Positions 1 through 12,419 of a stretch of DNA of 64,000 bases are shown here, in pieces. The position numbers and the translations under genes were made by a program. Under the pieces are notes generated by a model. That model was not told the DNA's origin and did not search any database. It worked only from the letters and a program-made list of their open reading frames with translations. Each line of letters opens with the position of its first letter. The stretch's first letter is position 1. Source of the DNA: Octopus sinensis (lineage: Eukaryota); assembly GCF_006345805.1 (NCBI RefSeq), contig NC_043010.1, positions 25,048,001 through 25,112,000 of the forward strand, written 5' to 3'.

Positions 1-9
1 TCCTCCTCC

Positions 10-51
<42 letters not shown>

Positions 52-307
52 TACACAAATTGGTGAAGCCGTTTTCGCGCGAATTTAAAAGTGTTCCATC
101 TGTGACCATCCCGCTTCTTTGTATCTCCAAAATCTTTTCTTTTTCATAACGATAGAATGTGATTTGAATCAAATTTGGTTCCAACCCTTTTATAACAGCT
201 TCCAGCGAAATAAACTGTTTCAGTTAATATTTAAATAATAAATAAGATTGTTTTAGTAAAGTGATGAACTTTCACATTAAAAATTTGTTTGGGACTTCAC
301 TACTTTA

Positions 308-900
308 GAAACGCATCTCTCCAAGAAAATAACGCTTACTTGTCAAAAAAGTTACGAAAATGGGAAATATGTCCAAAATAAATAAAGCATGCAAAAAATT
401 AGGAAAATTAATCTATTTTTAAATATTTTATACAAAAAAATAATATACGGAAAACGGGCACTCGCGAATATGTCGGACGATAACTTTTACGAGTCAGATA
501 TTAATGATAAATGGGGGCCCCGACAATATCATCTGCGAATTGTAAGAAGACCGTTTCACAATATTTTTCTTAAAAGTCAGTTTATAACTAATATATACTA
601 TTATGTCAAATTTTGTGCCTGAACGGGAAATATCACATTATAAAAAGTGCGAAGGTAAAGCGAGTCCACCCCACCTAACCCTAAAAAATCTCATCAAGAA
701 TTTGCAAACGTTATTGTCGGGTTCCTCCTACCAATAATATCTGATATATCGTCTCACATGTTTGTTTATATTCGCGAGTGCCCGTTTTCCGTTCTTTCTT
801 TTTTAGTATAAAATAACTAAAAATAGATGAATCTTCCTAATTTTTTTGCACACTTCATTTATTTTGGATATATTTCCCATTTTCTTGGAGAGGTGCATTC
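308..900. mobile_element. Foldback/MITE-like element with long imperfect inverted arms
   Basis: 308-~545 is an imperfect inverted copy of ~695-900 (e.g. GGAAAACGGGCACTCGCGAATAT / ATATTCGCGAGTGCCCGTTTTCC). The central spacer contains CTAACCCTAA. Confidence 0.7.
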
Positions 901-984
901 AATGTTGAATTGATTTTTTTCTTTTCTTCGGTTTTCTATTTGTATTTTAATGTATAGAATAAGAGTTAAAATAAGGCTAAATGG

Positions 985-1445
985 ATCTTTTATTGTTCAC
1001 TTGTTTCAGGCATTAGAACGTGGCCATGATGGGGCACCGTCTAGAAGAATTTTAGTCGAACGAAGCCACCCCATATTTTTTTCTTTATAGCCTGGTACTT
1101 ATTCTATCGATCTGTTGGTGAAGGTTAAGAAACACGCCCGGTGTTTAGGGTTAGGGTTACGCCAAAAACGGCTGGTGTGCGTCTTCTTTACCTCTGCCGA
1201 TCTGTTTTGCCGAACCGCGGAATTACAGTACGTAAACAACCAACGTCGGTTGTCAAGTGGTAAGCGAGAACAAAGATAGACACGAAGACACACAGATATG
1301 TATATATACACGACGGGCTTCTTTCAGTCTACCAAATTCTCTCACGAGTATTTGCTCAACTCGAAGCTATAGTATAAGACACTCAACCAAGGTGCCGTGC
1401 AGTGGGACTGAACACGGAGCAAGCTTCTTACCACACAGCCACTCA
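985..1445 (-). mobile_element. tRNA-derived SINE, interrupted by an 81-bp insert
   Basis: Same family as 43030-43156 and 59460-59790 (GGGACTGAAC, CTACCAAAT, GACGGGCTTCTTTCAG blocks). Confidence 0.75.
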
Positions 1446-1756
1446 AAAAATTATACTTGATAAAAAGTATTCTGTGATTATTCCATATATTTATATAATT
1501 AGAACTCCAACTCTGTTTCCTCATTACTTTCTGAAAAATGCACATTTCTTTCTAAATTTAATTAGCAGTTAAAATAGCCTCATTAAAGGATAAAAATATC
1601 CAATGAATTACTGGTCCATTTTTTGTGAATAGTGATATTCATAAAATAATAGGTCTGAGTATAAATCTTATAATTTGGAAATATAACATCTAATAACCTG
1701 ATGGCATGTCTTTTCTACTCCTCTTTTGAGATTTTGCCCAATACAATGGTTTGATT

Positions 1757-3662
1757 ACCCAATGACTGGTGTAGCAGCATAATAGTCAACTGCTACAAAG
1801 GTAAAGGTGACGCCCTAGATACAAATAATTACAGAGGTATCAAGCTGTTGGATCAGGTAATGAAGGTTATGGTGAGGGTCATAGCCCAACTAATTAGAGA
1901 GAGAGTTTGTTTAGATGAGATGCAGTTTGGGTTTGTGCCAAGGAAAAGTACCACTGATGCCATATTCCTGGTAAGGCAGCTGCAGGAGAAATACCTAGCC
2001 AAAGATAAGCCCCTGTACCTGGCTTTCGTTGACATGGAGAAAGCCTTCGACAGGGTCCCCCGATCCCTTACCTGGTGGTCAATGAGGAAACTAGGGATAG
2101 ATGAATGGTTAGTGAGAGCTGTGCAAGCCATGTACAGGGACGCTGCTAGTAAGGTGAGGGTTGGCAACGAGTACAGTGAAGAATTCCGGGTAGGGGTATG
2201 GGTCCACCAAGGTTCAGTCCTCAGCCCCCTCCTATTTATCATAGTCCTCCAGGCAATAACAGAGGAATTCAAGACAGGATGCCCTGGGAGCTCCTCTACG
2301 CTGATGACCTTGCTCTAATTGCTGAGTCACTATCAGAACTGGAGGAGAAGTTTCAGGTGTGGAAGCAAGGATTAGAATCGAAGGGCCTTAGAGTCAATCT
2401 AGCTAAAACCAAAGTCCTAATAAGTAGGAAGGTAGACAAGTCACAAACGCCTTCAGGTAGATGGCCCTGCTCGATCTGTAGAAAAGGCGTAGGTAGAAAC
2501 TCTATAAGATGCACCAAGTGTAAGCTATGGACACATAAGAGGTGCAGTAACATCAAGGGAAGGCTAACTGCGAAGATAGTTTTTGTATGTGGCAGATGCT
2601 CAGGAGCAATATACACAGAAAATGCACAGAGACCAACTTCTGCCACATTCCAGGGAGAAAAACTAGAAATAGTTGATAGCTTCTGTTACCTAGGTGACCA
2701 AGTCAATAGCAGGGGCGGGTGTGCTGTAAGTGTAACTGCTAGAGTAAGAATAGCCTGGGCAAAGTTCAAAGAGCTCTTACCTCTGCTAGGGACAAAAGGC
2801 CTCTCGCTCAGAGTAAAAGGCATACTGTATGAACATCCATGCTACATGGCAGTGAAACATGGGCCGTGACTGCTGAGGATATGTGTAAGCTCGCAAGAAA
2901 TGAAGCCAGTATGCTCTGATGGATGTGTAATGTCAGTGTTCATACTCGACAGAGTGTAAGTACCTTGAGAGAAAAGCTGGACCTAAGAAGCATCAGTTGT
3001 GGTGTGCAAGAGAGACGTTTGCGCTGGTATGGTCATGTGGCGAGAATGGATGAAGATAGTTGTGTGAAAAGGTGCCACACCCTAGCGGTTGAGGGAACCT
3101 GTGGAAGAGGTAGTCCCAGGAAAACCTGGGACGTGGTGGTGAAGCACGACCTTCGAACTTTAGGTCTCACCGAAGAAATGACTAAAGACCGAGACCTTTG
3201 GAAGTATGCTGTGCGTAAGAAGACCCGGCCGGACAAGTGAGGCCATAACCTGTGGCCTCAGTCCACTTTATACATACCTTTCCTTCTTGGGACACAAAAT
3301 TCTACTTGTGAAGACTTGTTGAGGCAAGTGAAAAACAAAATCAAAATCGATCAACATCAATGGAAATCGTAGCTGTGATACCAGTGCCGATGGCACATAA
3401 GAGAACCACCCGAATGTGACCATTGCCAGCGCCGCCCTGACTGCCTCCATGCCAGTGGCATGTAAAAAGCACCATCCGACCGTGGCTGTTGCCGGCCATG
3501 CCTGACACGTAAAAAGCACCCACTACACTCATGGAGTGGTTGCCGTTAGAAACATTGCCAGATCAGACTGGGCCTGGTGCAGCCTTCTGGCTTCCCAGAC
3601 CCCAGTTGAACCGTCCAACCCATGCCAGCATGGAAAGCGGACGCTAAACGATGATGATGATG
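1757..3662 (+). mobile_element. 5'-truncated RTE-clade LINE (RT with PHD-like insertion, 3'UTR, (GAT)n tail)
   Basis: DMEKAFDRVP, HQGSVLSPLLF, LLYADDL; WPCSICRKGVGRNSIRCTKCKLWTHKRC; frameshifts and stops; ends AAACGATGATGATGATG. Confidence 0.92.
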
Positions 3663-5052
3663 AATTTAATCTTTGAGCAAAATTGAAATGGCTGTAAGAG
3701 AATATGTTGGATTTTTGCTGTTAATAATTATATTAATGCTACATCTTCATTTTCTGAATTTTATTTTGAACATTTCTTTCAAAATGAAATTCTGCAGATA
3801 GAAAAAAATTTTTGAATCATTCTTCCTCCACCCCTGACTGTTACCAGTAACTCCTGTAACTTTATGATCAATGATATTCCAACCAAAACTGTCCTGTCTT
3901 TATATAAAACAGCAGGTTGCAATTTGAAGGATCTAACACATGGTCAAACAAACCTGCTGAAAATAGCAGCTAAATCTACCACAATTACATTATACTGTTC
4001 AAACAGGAGTCATAATGAACAACATAGTTTTTTTTTATATAAAAACTGTAGAATTATCATGACTGAATTAAGAGTGCATAACAGCAAAAAACTTTACTTT
4101 GATCCAATATGGGAATGCATTTGCTCAAGCACATGGCCTGCCAGATAGATATGGTAGTCAAATTTCCCTCAGATCACATCCTACCATCTTAAATTAGAAA
4201 AGCACATATTAGAAAACTTAGTTCTGGATATATGAATAAATGTGATGTACAATCAGTTGTGGGGTCATAGCATGAAAGCTTCATCTTCTGCTTCCTCTCT
4301 TTATATTAAGGCTAATCATATTTTATTGGTTTCAGTGGAATCAAAAGGAGAATAATGTAGTTATGAAGTGAACTTCTTCATCATACAGCCTCACCTACAT
4401 TCATAAGTCTAGAATTTTTTTATGGTATTAGACCGAGATGAAGGCACTATGTTCATTACTTCTGTAAATTGTCTGACAACAAATTCATGTGATAGGACAG
4501 CTATAAGTTGAGGTTCAGTGTCATACCTATTATATATTTATAAGAATATCTTTGACTGTTCTCAGAGAACTTGCAGAACTAATGAACATAGTCCTTTTAT
4601 CATGGCTAATACCCAAAAAATATATATATATACTAGACTTATGAATGTAGGTGAGGTTGTGTGATTAAGAAGTTCATTTCTCCTTTTGATTCCACTGAAA
4701 CCAATAACAGAATTATTTAAAATTAAAAAATAAATAAAATCACTTTTTCTTTTTTTTTTTTTGGTAAACTAATTGATAAATTTTGCTTTGTATCTTTTCA
4801 GATGTTTTGTTTTCTCTCAGAAAGTTTCAAAGTTTTTATTGTTTAAATGAACTGCAAACACGGGTCTGCAGTTTTTATTTTGTCATCCAATGAACAGGAA
4901 ACACCAATATTGTTTACAAGAATATATAAAAGTTTTCCTATTATTACACTTCATATGCATGAAGGTGTTACATTCCCTAACATATACATTTTTATTTTTA
5001 ATACAATCCTTGCAAGTAAACACGAGTTTTTGTTTCATCTATTATTTATGCA

Positions 5053-5338
5053 ATGTTTATCCATTACCAAAAAAATCCAGTGTACTATCAGTACTTGTTA
5101 AAGATTTGGGATATTGTACAGTCAAACACCTTAAAGTCTCTCAGTAAAAGACATCTGATACAAATAAGCAAAAAAACTATGCAGTCCACTTTTATCAATG
5201 AGGATACAATTGTGAAATATCTGAAATCAAAAGGAATCAGTTTTGAAAAACAATATACAAGTATCACAGTAACATGTCCTAAAGCTTTCAACACCATTAA
5301 CAAACAAACAAAGTATATTTATATAAATATGATCTCAG
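5053..5338 (+). CDS. TWNK: Twinkle mtDNA helicase, coding exon 1 (possible presequence + start of zinc-binding-like domain); start codon uncertain
   Basis: ...EDTIVKYLKSKGISFEKQYTSITVTCPKAF...YIYINMISG resembles the Twinkle N-terminus (human EIRQYLRGHGIPF...FIDKTTG). Donor GTTCGT at 5339, phase 1. In-frame TAA at 5017-5019 bounds the upstream frame. Confidence 0.8.
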
Positions 5339-5462
5339 GTTCGTATACTTCATCATTTATGTGTGTGTTGTTGTTGTTTAACCATAATCCAGCGTACATA
5401 TTGTCAATGACCTTCTAACCCTGACCTGTCTTTTATTTAAACTAGGATTGCATTATCTAATG

Positions 5463-8400
5463 CAGTGGTTCCTAACCTTTTTCAGCTCAGGTACCATTTT
5501 TTACTTGAAAAAATTTGTATGGACCACTTCTACTTTTACTTTAAGCTGTTCTATTTTCACACTAAAATGCTTAATGGAAAGACAAAATAGTCTATTTACA
5601 CTTTAAAATTTATTTTAGCAAACAAAAGATAAAATTTAAAATTTATTTTAGTAAACAAAGATAAACACAAGATATCAAAATCATTTCTCATAAAGTCATT
5701 CATTTTTAGTCCATTCTGTTAGTGACTTGCTTGATATTGGTGTTTCTAACACAAGATATCATAATCAATTTTAATGAATTGCCCCTGGGAGCTCCTCTAT
5801 GCTGATGACCTGGCCCTCATAGCAGAATCACGACTGGAACTAGAAAAGAAATTTCGGGTGTGGAAGCAAGGTTTAGAATCAAAGGGCCTTAGAGTAAATG
5901 TAGCAAAGACCAAAGTAAGCAGAAAGGCGAACTCATCACACCCTGCTCGATCTGTAGGAAAGGTGTAGTTAGAAACTCCATAAGATGTACCCAGTGTAAG
6001 CTATGGACGCATAAGAGGTGCAGCAACATCAAAGGAAAATTAACTGATAAGACAGCTTTCATGTGCGGCAGATGCACAGGGACAATAGACACCACAGATA
6101 CTCAGAAAACTGATTCTATCACACTCCAGTGGGAGAAACTAGTAGTAGTTGATAGTTTCCACTACCTAGGTGACCAAGTTAGTAGTGGAGGTAGATGCTC
6201 AGTGAGTGTCACCACTAGAATACGAATAGCCTGGGCAAAGTTTAGAAAGCTCCTACCCCTACTGGTGACAAAGGGTCTCTCGCTCAGAATGAAAGGTAGA
6301 TTGTATGATGCATGTGTGCGAACTGCCATGCTTCACGGTAGTGAAACATGGGCTGTGACTGCAGAGGACATGTGTAGACTTGAAAGAAATGAAGCTAGCA
6401 TAATCCGCTGGTTGTGTAATGTCAGTGTGCACACACGACAGAGTGTAAGCACCCTGAGAGAAATGCTGGACATAAGAAGCATCAGATGTGGTGTGCAAGA
6501 GAGACGTTTGCGCTGGTATGGTCATGTACTGCGGATGGATGAGGATAGATGTATAAAGAAGTGCCACTCCCAAACAGTTGAAGGTATCAGGGGGAGAAGT
6601 AGACCCAGGAAGACATGGGATGAGGTGGTCGAGCATGTCCTCCAAACGTTAGGCCTCACAGAGGCAATGACGAAAGACTGAGATCTCTGGAGATATGCTG
6701 TGACTGCAAAGACCCGGGCTGCTTCCTGCACCAGTTTTGCATAGCCCCAGCCCATTCAAAGTACCTTGGATTGCAGAACGACCTGCTGTGCTTACCCTGG
6801 ATCGTAGAGTGACCTGCTGTGCTTGAGGAGACCTATTGAGTCAAATACATCAATATCAAATGGAAAATGTAGTTACGATACCTGGGCTGGCGGCATGTAA
6901 AAAGCACCATCCGAACATGGCCAATGCCAGCGCTGCCTTGACTGGCTTCTGTGCCGGTGGCACATGACCTGCTGTGCTTGTGGAGACCTATTGAGTCAAG
7001 TACATCAACATCGAAATAAATATCAAATGGAAATAGTAGTTGTGATAACTGTGCCGGTGGCACATAAAATGCACCATCTGAATGTGGCCGATGCCAGTGC
7101 CGCCTTGACTGGCTTCTGTGCCGGTGGCACGTAAAAAGCACCAACCGATCGTGGCCACTGCCAGCCTCCCCTGGCATGTAAAAAGCACCCACTACACTCA
7201 CGGAGTGGTTGGCGTTAGGAAGGGCATCCAGCTGTAGAAACACTGCCAGATCAGACTGGAGCCTGGTGCAGCCTCCTGGCTTCCCAGACCCCGGCTGAAC
7301 CGTCCAACCTGTGCTAGCACGGAAAATGGATGTTAAACGATGATGATGATTTAGTCTTAGTCTGATAGTTCCTCTGCTGTTGACATCTAATTTATTTCTT
7401 TTTCTACTTAAAATATCTACAACAGCTGAAAATGCAGATTCCACCAGCCATGTAGTAGGGAAAGAAATGATGCTTGCTTCTACCTGTCGAAAAATATTTA
7501 TCGATATGCAGCAAAGACACCTTCTTTTTCAACTCTTCTCAGTTTCATATTCTCTTTCAAATCTAACATTTCAGCCAACTCAAAATTTTCATCTCCTGGC
7601 TCATAATTTTCTAGGTCTACAAACCAGAGTGGATAATCAATCTTTAATAAATCATTGTATCTTCTCTCAAAGTCTACATGAAGACCATCAAGATGGGCCA
7701 ATTTTTTCTTCAAACTGTTTTTTCCAAAATTTTAATTTCACCATATACCCTTTTATCTTCTGAGAACTGGTGATCAAATCTGATTTTCTATCTTGCAGCT
7801 CTAAGTTAAGCAGATTCACTGTTTTAAAAATATCACTCAAGTAGAATATTTTTGATTTAAACTCAGAAAGTCTTTCCAAAATTTTCTTAGCTGTATCAGC
7901 TTGCTTCTTGGAGTTGTAATGAGTCATCTGACTCTTGACCATGAGAAAGTTAATTAATGGTTCCCACAAATTCACTAGTCTTTCAAGCCTCAGGCCTTTT
8001 GACAACCAATTTACTTCTGTGTGAAGCAATAGGGTTTTAAAATTTTCATCTTCACAGAATTGCATTTAAAATCTATTAGTCACTGAGTTTGATTTGACAA
8101 AGTTAATTGCATGTATGGCAGTGTTGAGTGCTTCTTCCATCTGTTCTCCAATATTCTTAGCAACCAAATGCTGTCTGTGGATAATGCAATGTGAGGAGCA
8201 ACTGATTTCATTTTAGAAACAAAGCCTTTCACTTTTCCAGTCATGGCTGCAGCTCCATCTGATGCAATGTTGATCAAATTAGTCAATGGAATATTTTTAT
8301 CATTAAAATACTGCATTACTTCATTGAATATATCTTCTTCATTAGTAGTTTCAGACAAACTTTTAATGAATAACATTTTTTCCCTTATATTATCTTCATG

Positions 8401-9295
8401 GATGAATTTGACACAGACCAGAAGGGTAGCTTGGTTATGAATTGTGCTATCATCAACCTGGATAGAAAAATTTGTTTTTTGGAGAATTTCTACAACCTTC
8501 TCAACAAAATTAGACTGAATTGTACTCATAGTAGATGTAGCATCTTTTCCCAGAACATCATTTGCACAAGCTAACATAGTAGGCTTGACAAGTTTCTCAC
8601 CATAAATCTGAGGTGCTGCAACTGTGATAATAATTTCAGAGACCAAATAACTTGATTTGAATGTCTTTGCTTTTTCAGTATTTATCTTCTTTACAAAGTC
8701 GAGTAGTTTGTTTGGCTGTATTTTCTTTTTATTCTCAAAATATTTCCTACTTTTACCAAAAGATGATGGACGCCTTAATTTCTAGTGCTGTTCCAGCTTA
8801 ACTTTCTTCATGGAATGATTTGTCATGATGGCATCACACTCAAGACACATAGGTTTTGAGTCTACAGATACAAAACCAAACATGATAAAATCTTCTTTGT
8901 AGTTCCTCAGTTTTGCATTTTTAGCAGTTGATTCAGACATTATTATAACTGATCTTAAATAAAAATAATAAGTACTTTATTTCTATAAATTAAAAGTATA
9001 AAATTTATTATTAAACAATATTGTGTAGTGATCTATCAAAAATATCAAATTTATTATGAAACTGATGTGATTGTAAAATTTAAATTATGTAATTGTTGAT
9101 TGCAATATATTATTGATTATATATTATACATTATTCTTCTTATTATTATTCTGTCTTCATACAAATTATTATTAACTAATAGTGTCTTTATTATCAAACA
9201 ATATTGTGTAGATCTGAAATGGTTTCAATTTTTTTATGGCTACAAATTCTGTGGGGACCACCGGTGGGTCCCAGGGACCATGTTGGGAGTCATTG
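5463..9295 (-). mobile_element. hAT (Buster/Charlie-like) DNA transposon with decayed transposase (~8940 to 5719), interrupted by an RTE LINE
   Basis: TIRs CAGTGGTTCCTAAC / CAATGACTCCCAAC (revcomp). Exact 8-bp TSD ATCTAATG at 5455-5462 and 9296-9303. FSIQVDDST, IASDGAAAMTG, LLLHTEVNWLSKG motifs. Confidence 0.92.
5779..7350 (+). mobile_element. 5'-truncated RTE-clade LINE nested in the hAT transposase C-terminus
   Basis: ELLYADDLAL, LYDACVRTAMLHGSETW, RPRKTW; (GAT)n tail. The hAT frame RLRL resumes as ...IKIDYDILC on the other side. Confidence 0.9.
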
Positions 9296-9973
9296 ATCTA
9301 ATGTATTCTAGGGTGTGATTTGACTGCTATATAGATTGCAGATAGTAACCTCAGTAATTACTTCGGGTTATGACAGCTCTGCCTATCACAAGTTCCTCAC
9401 TCAGCTGATTCTGGTTGACTATTCAGAATGAACTCTTGTCCAAGTAACAGATCACTTCTCAACTTTGAAATTTCATGTTAGTATCTAGAGAGGTATGTTG
9501 TGCCTTCTGGAGGAAAGGTGCTTCTTTAGCCCTTACAGAAACTCGTTTAGTGTTAGCGTGATGATAAAAACGCTGCTTTTTCAGTGATCTTCAGTTCTCA
9601 GGCCTCTTTACTCTTTATGAGACCAACATGAGCTCTATTTCCAATTGGGATATCAGAGTTACTTCCCTTTAGGAGGAAGGACAAATTAACAAAGAAGTGG
9701 GTGATACATTGCCAATTGGATTAATAATGAATCCATAATTACAATAGTTTATGTACAGAACAGAAATTAGTATTAGTAGCCATATAGATCATTGAATAAC
9801 CACTTACACTAGCTCAAGAATGACCTGGCAATTTTGATCATTATAGCCACAAATACTATGATATTGGGAATATCTACTTGCTACTGAAAACAGAATCAGA
9901 TAATGTTTATCTGATTGACAGTTAAACAATATTTTTTTTTAATGCCATGTATTCATTGCAAATATATTTCTAG

Positions 9974-10061
9974 GCCAGTTCACCTGCCAACATTGTAGAA
10001 AATCTGGTTTGTGGGAGCAGCTTCAAGAAAATCTAAACAACATATTTAACAAGAAAAAAAG
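9974..10061 (+). CDS. TWNK: Twinkle coding exon 2 (GQFTCQHCRKSGLWEQLQENL...)
   Basis: tttctag acceptor, GTATGA donor. Phase 1 in and phase 2 out join both neighbours. Aligns to human GHFLCMTSLAEGSWEDFQ. Confidence 0.9.
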
Positions 10062-10959
10062 GTATGATGATCATGTGATCAAATCAGTTCTGATCAAGTA
10101 GATCTATAACCAAAAATGTTCCAGTCATAATTATCCTATCTTATTTTTAGTCATTCTATTAAGGACCACATTATGCAGTGATGCCTTCTTTTCTGTCAGA
10201 TGTTATGGTGTGGAATGATGGGAATGTAGCTGATATTTCTAGCAGGTTGAGCAAATACATAGAGACTTTCTTTCATGTGTGTAGCATGTTTTTTTCATTA
10301 AAATTTTGTTATGGCATGAACAGGATAAGATGGACATTAGTTAATGATTAATATTCACTTTTCTCTTCTAGCAAGGGTTGAATGAATCTGATTAAAAATG
10401 GTGACTCACCACATGTCACAATCTTTTGTTACCCGACTTCAGCGTCTTTAGGTCAAAGTTCACCATACCTTCCTTTCCTACAGGCTCCTATTATTTGCAC
10501 TGTTTGACATTTCAATTACCTATCATCTTTCATACTAATGTAACCTCCTCCTTTCCACACTACAGTTAATGTCAGCAATACCCAGTTTTTCTCTCAAAAC
10601 AGACATTGGGGCTCAACTCAGACCTCTGGCTCATCAGATCCTCTCAAACCATTCAATGCATGCCAACATGGAAGACGTGATGAGAATGATATGTAACATG
10701 ATTATAATTTTCCAAATTGTTTACTATGTTTTGATCTTAGTTGAGAAGCCCTCATTTTGGTTAAGAAGAAAGTGTAGTTTTCAACTTGAAATTTATCTGA
10801 ATTTCTGTAAGATTAGACAGTACAGAACATATCCGCAAATTAGTGGTCATACTTTACAATTGCTATTGTGGGTGAGAAGTGTGTACAGATGGCTAATGAT
10901 ATGCTTGCACTTTGTGATTCTGAGAAGAAATAGGTATCAAAGAAGGCAAGTCTTCTTAA

Positions 10960-11200
10960 TATGGACTCAACTGAGGAACTAGCTGCCAGAGTTGAAAGCA
11001 ATATGATACATAAGGCACTTAAGGATATGAAGACAAGGAAAGTCCCTAGTCCATCAGGAATTACTATTGCAATGCTTAAAATATCTGGCAGAGTAGGATG
11101 TAGTCTAGTTAATCAGGTTATTCAGGAAGGTGTCATCCCCAATGACTGGTGGAACAGCATTATAGTGAGTTGTTACAAGAGTAAAGGAGGTGCATTCCTG
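10960..11200 (+). mobile_element. RTE LINE fragment (pre-RT region)
   Basis: KALKDMKTRKVPSPSGIT...IQEGVIPNDWWNSIIVSCYKSKG. Confidence 0.75.
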
Positions 11201-11849
11201 CCCACACTACTTCAACCAGTCACCTCCTTTCTGTACCTTCAGTCATTACCTTTTTTCTCTGCTATAGTCCATTCTAAGCACCTCTCTTATTTGCTATCTT
11301 TCTCAATACCTTCCCTTTATTTGCCATCATAACCTACCTAGGATAGCTCCTTGTGTATCCCTATCTCTCCCACCCATACAGCTCCTACACCTTGCTCATT
11401 ATTCTGCTACTTTTCTATTCTCTTTTCTGAGTCACTTATATATCTCCCACTTACCCCTCTGTATACTGCTTTTTTCCATCATCTGCACTCCAACTCTTGT
11501 TCATCACTTGCTACGTGCTACCTCCACCTGTTTATTCTCTCCCCACACTCAATGAAAGCATCAACTCTCATCCCCTCCCATATCCTTGTCCTTTCTTATG
11601 CTCATCTTCTTGTTCCTTGTAAGTTTGCTCTAGATCTCCATCACTACCTTCAGCTATATATATATATATATATATATATACAGACATATACACATATATA
11701 CTGTGTAGCAAGACACCTGTGCTTGTCCCTCTATGGTACTTTAGCCTTTCAACACCTGGCACGAAGCCACTCACCTCCACCTTCCCTTTGTAAATAATTC
11801 CTCTTCATAATGTGAGTGTTTTCCTGTCTTGCAACTTACATGGCAGCCT

Positions 11850-12175
11850 CACTTGTGCCAGTTTCACAAAAGTTAGCACCCACTGCACTCTGTAAAGTGG
11901 TTAGCATCAGGAAGAACATCCAGCCATAGAAACCATGCCAAAGATGACATCAGAGCCTATTGCAGCACTGCAGCTCACTAGTTCCCTGTCAAGCCATCTC
12001 TACTCATGCCAGCATGGAAAGCAGATGTTAATTGACAACAATAATGATGATGATGATGATTCACTCATAAAGAACAATCCCAAAGCAGACATTGGTGTTC
12101 AGCATCGTCCTTGTCAGATCCTGTAGAACAGTTCCGACTGTGCTAGAATGGAAGAAAGATGCTCAATGATGATAT
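11850..12175 (+). mobile_element. RTE 3'-tail-derived short elements (two tails)
   Basis: GTGGTTAGCATCAGGAAG...CATGCCAGCATGGAAAG...GATGATGAT. Similar copies at ~17310-17900 (-), 19355-19530 (+), 26240-26515 (+), 32400-32600 (-). Confidence 0.65.
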
Positions 12176-12189
12176 GATGATATTTTACA

Positions 12190-12410
12190 TATATCACCAT
12201 GATCACCGTGACTGACCAGGCTATCAGATGTTGCTACACATCGCTGGTCACAATGCGCTTCGCCTTGTTTTAGCCTTCAAATGATGCCGCCCCGCTGGCT
12301 AAGCGAGCAGGCCAACAGAAGAAAGAGTCTGGGAATCAAAACCACGATCCTACAACCGCGAGTCCACTGCCCTAACCACTGGGCCATTGCGCCTCCACAT
12401 TTTACATATA
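12190..12410 (-). mobile_element. tRNA-headed SINE, internally deleted
   Basis: Minus-strand head GTGGAGGCGCAATGGCCCAGTGGTTAGGGCAG...GGTTTTGATTCCCAG with A/B-box-like motifs. Confidence 0.65.
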
Positions 12411-12419
12411 TATATATGT

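Noticed and set aside
5339-5349. Alternative donor joining exon 1 directly to 15383
   Set aside because: Phase-compatible, but it would skip the well-supported CQHC exon at 9974-10061.
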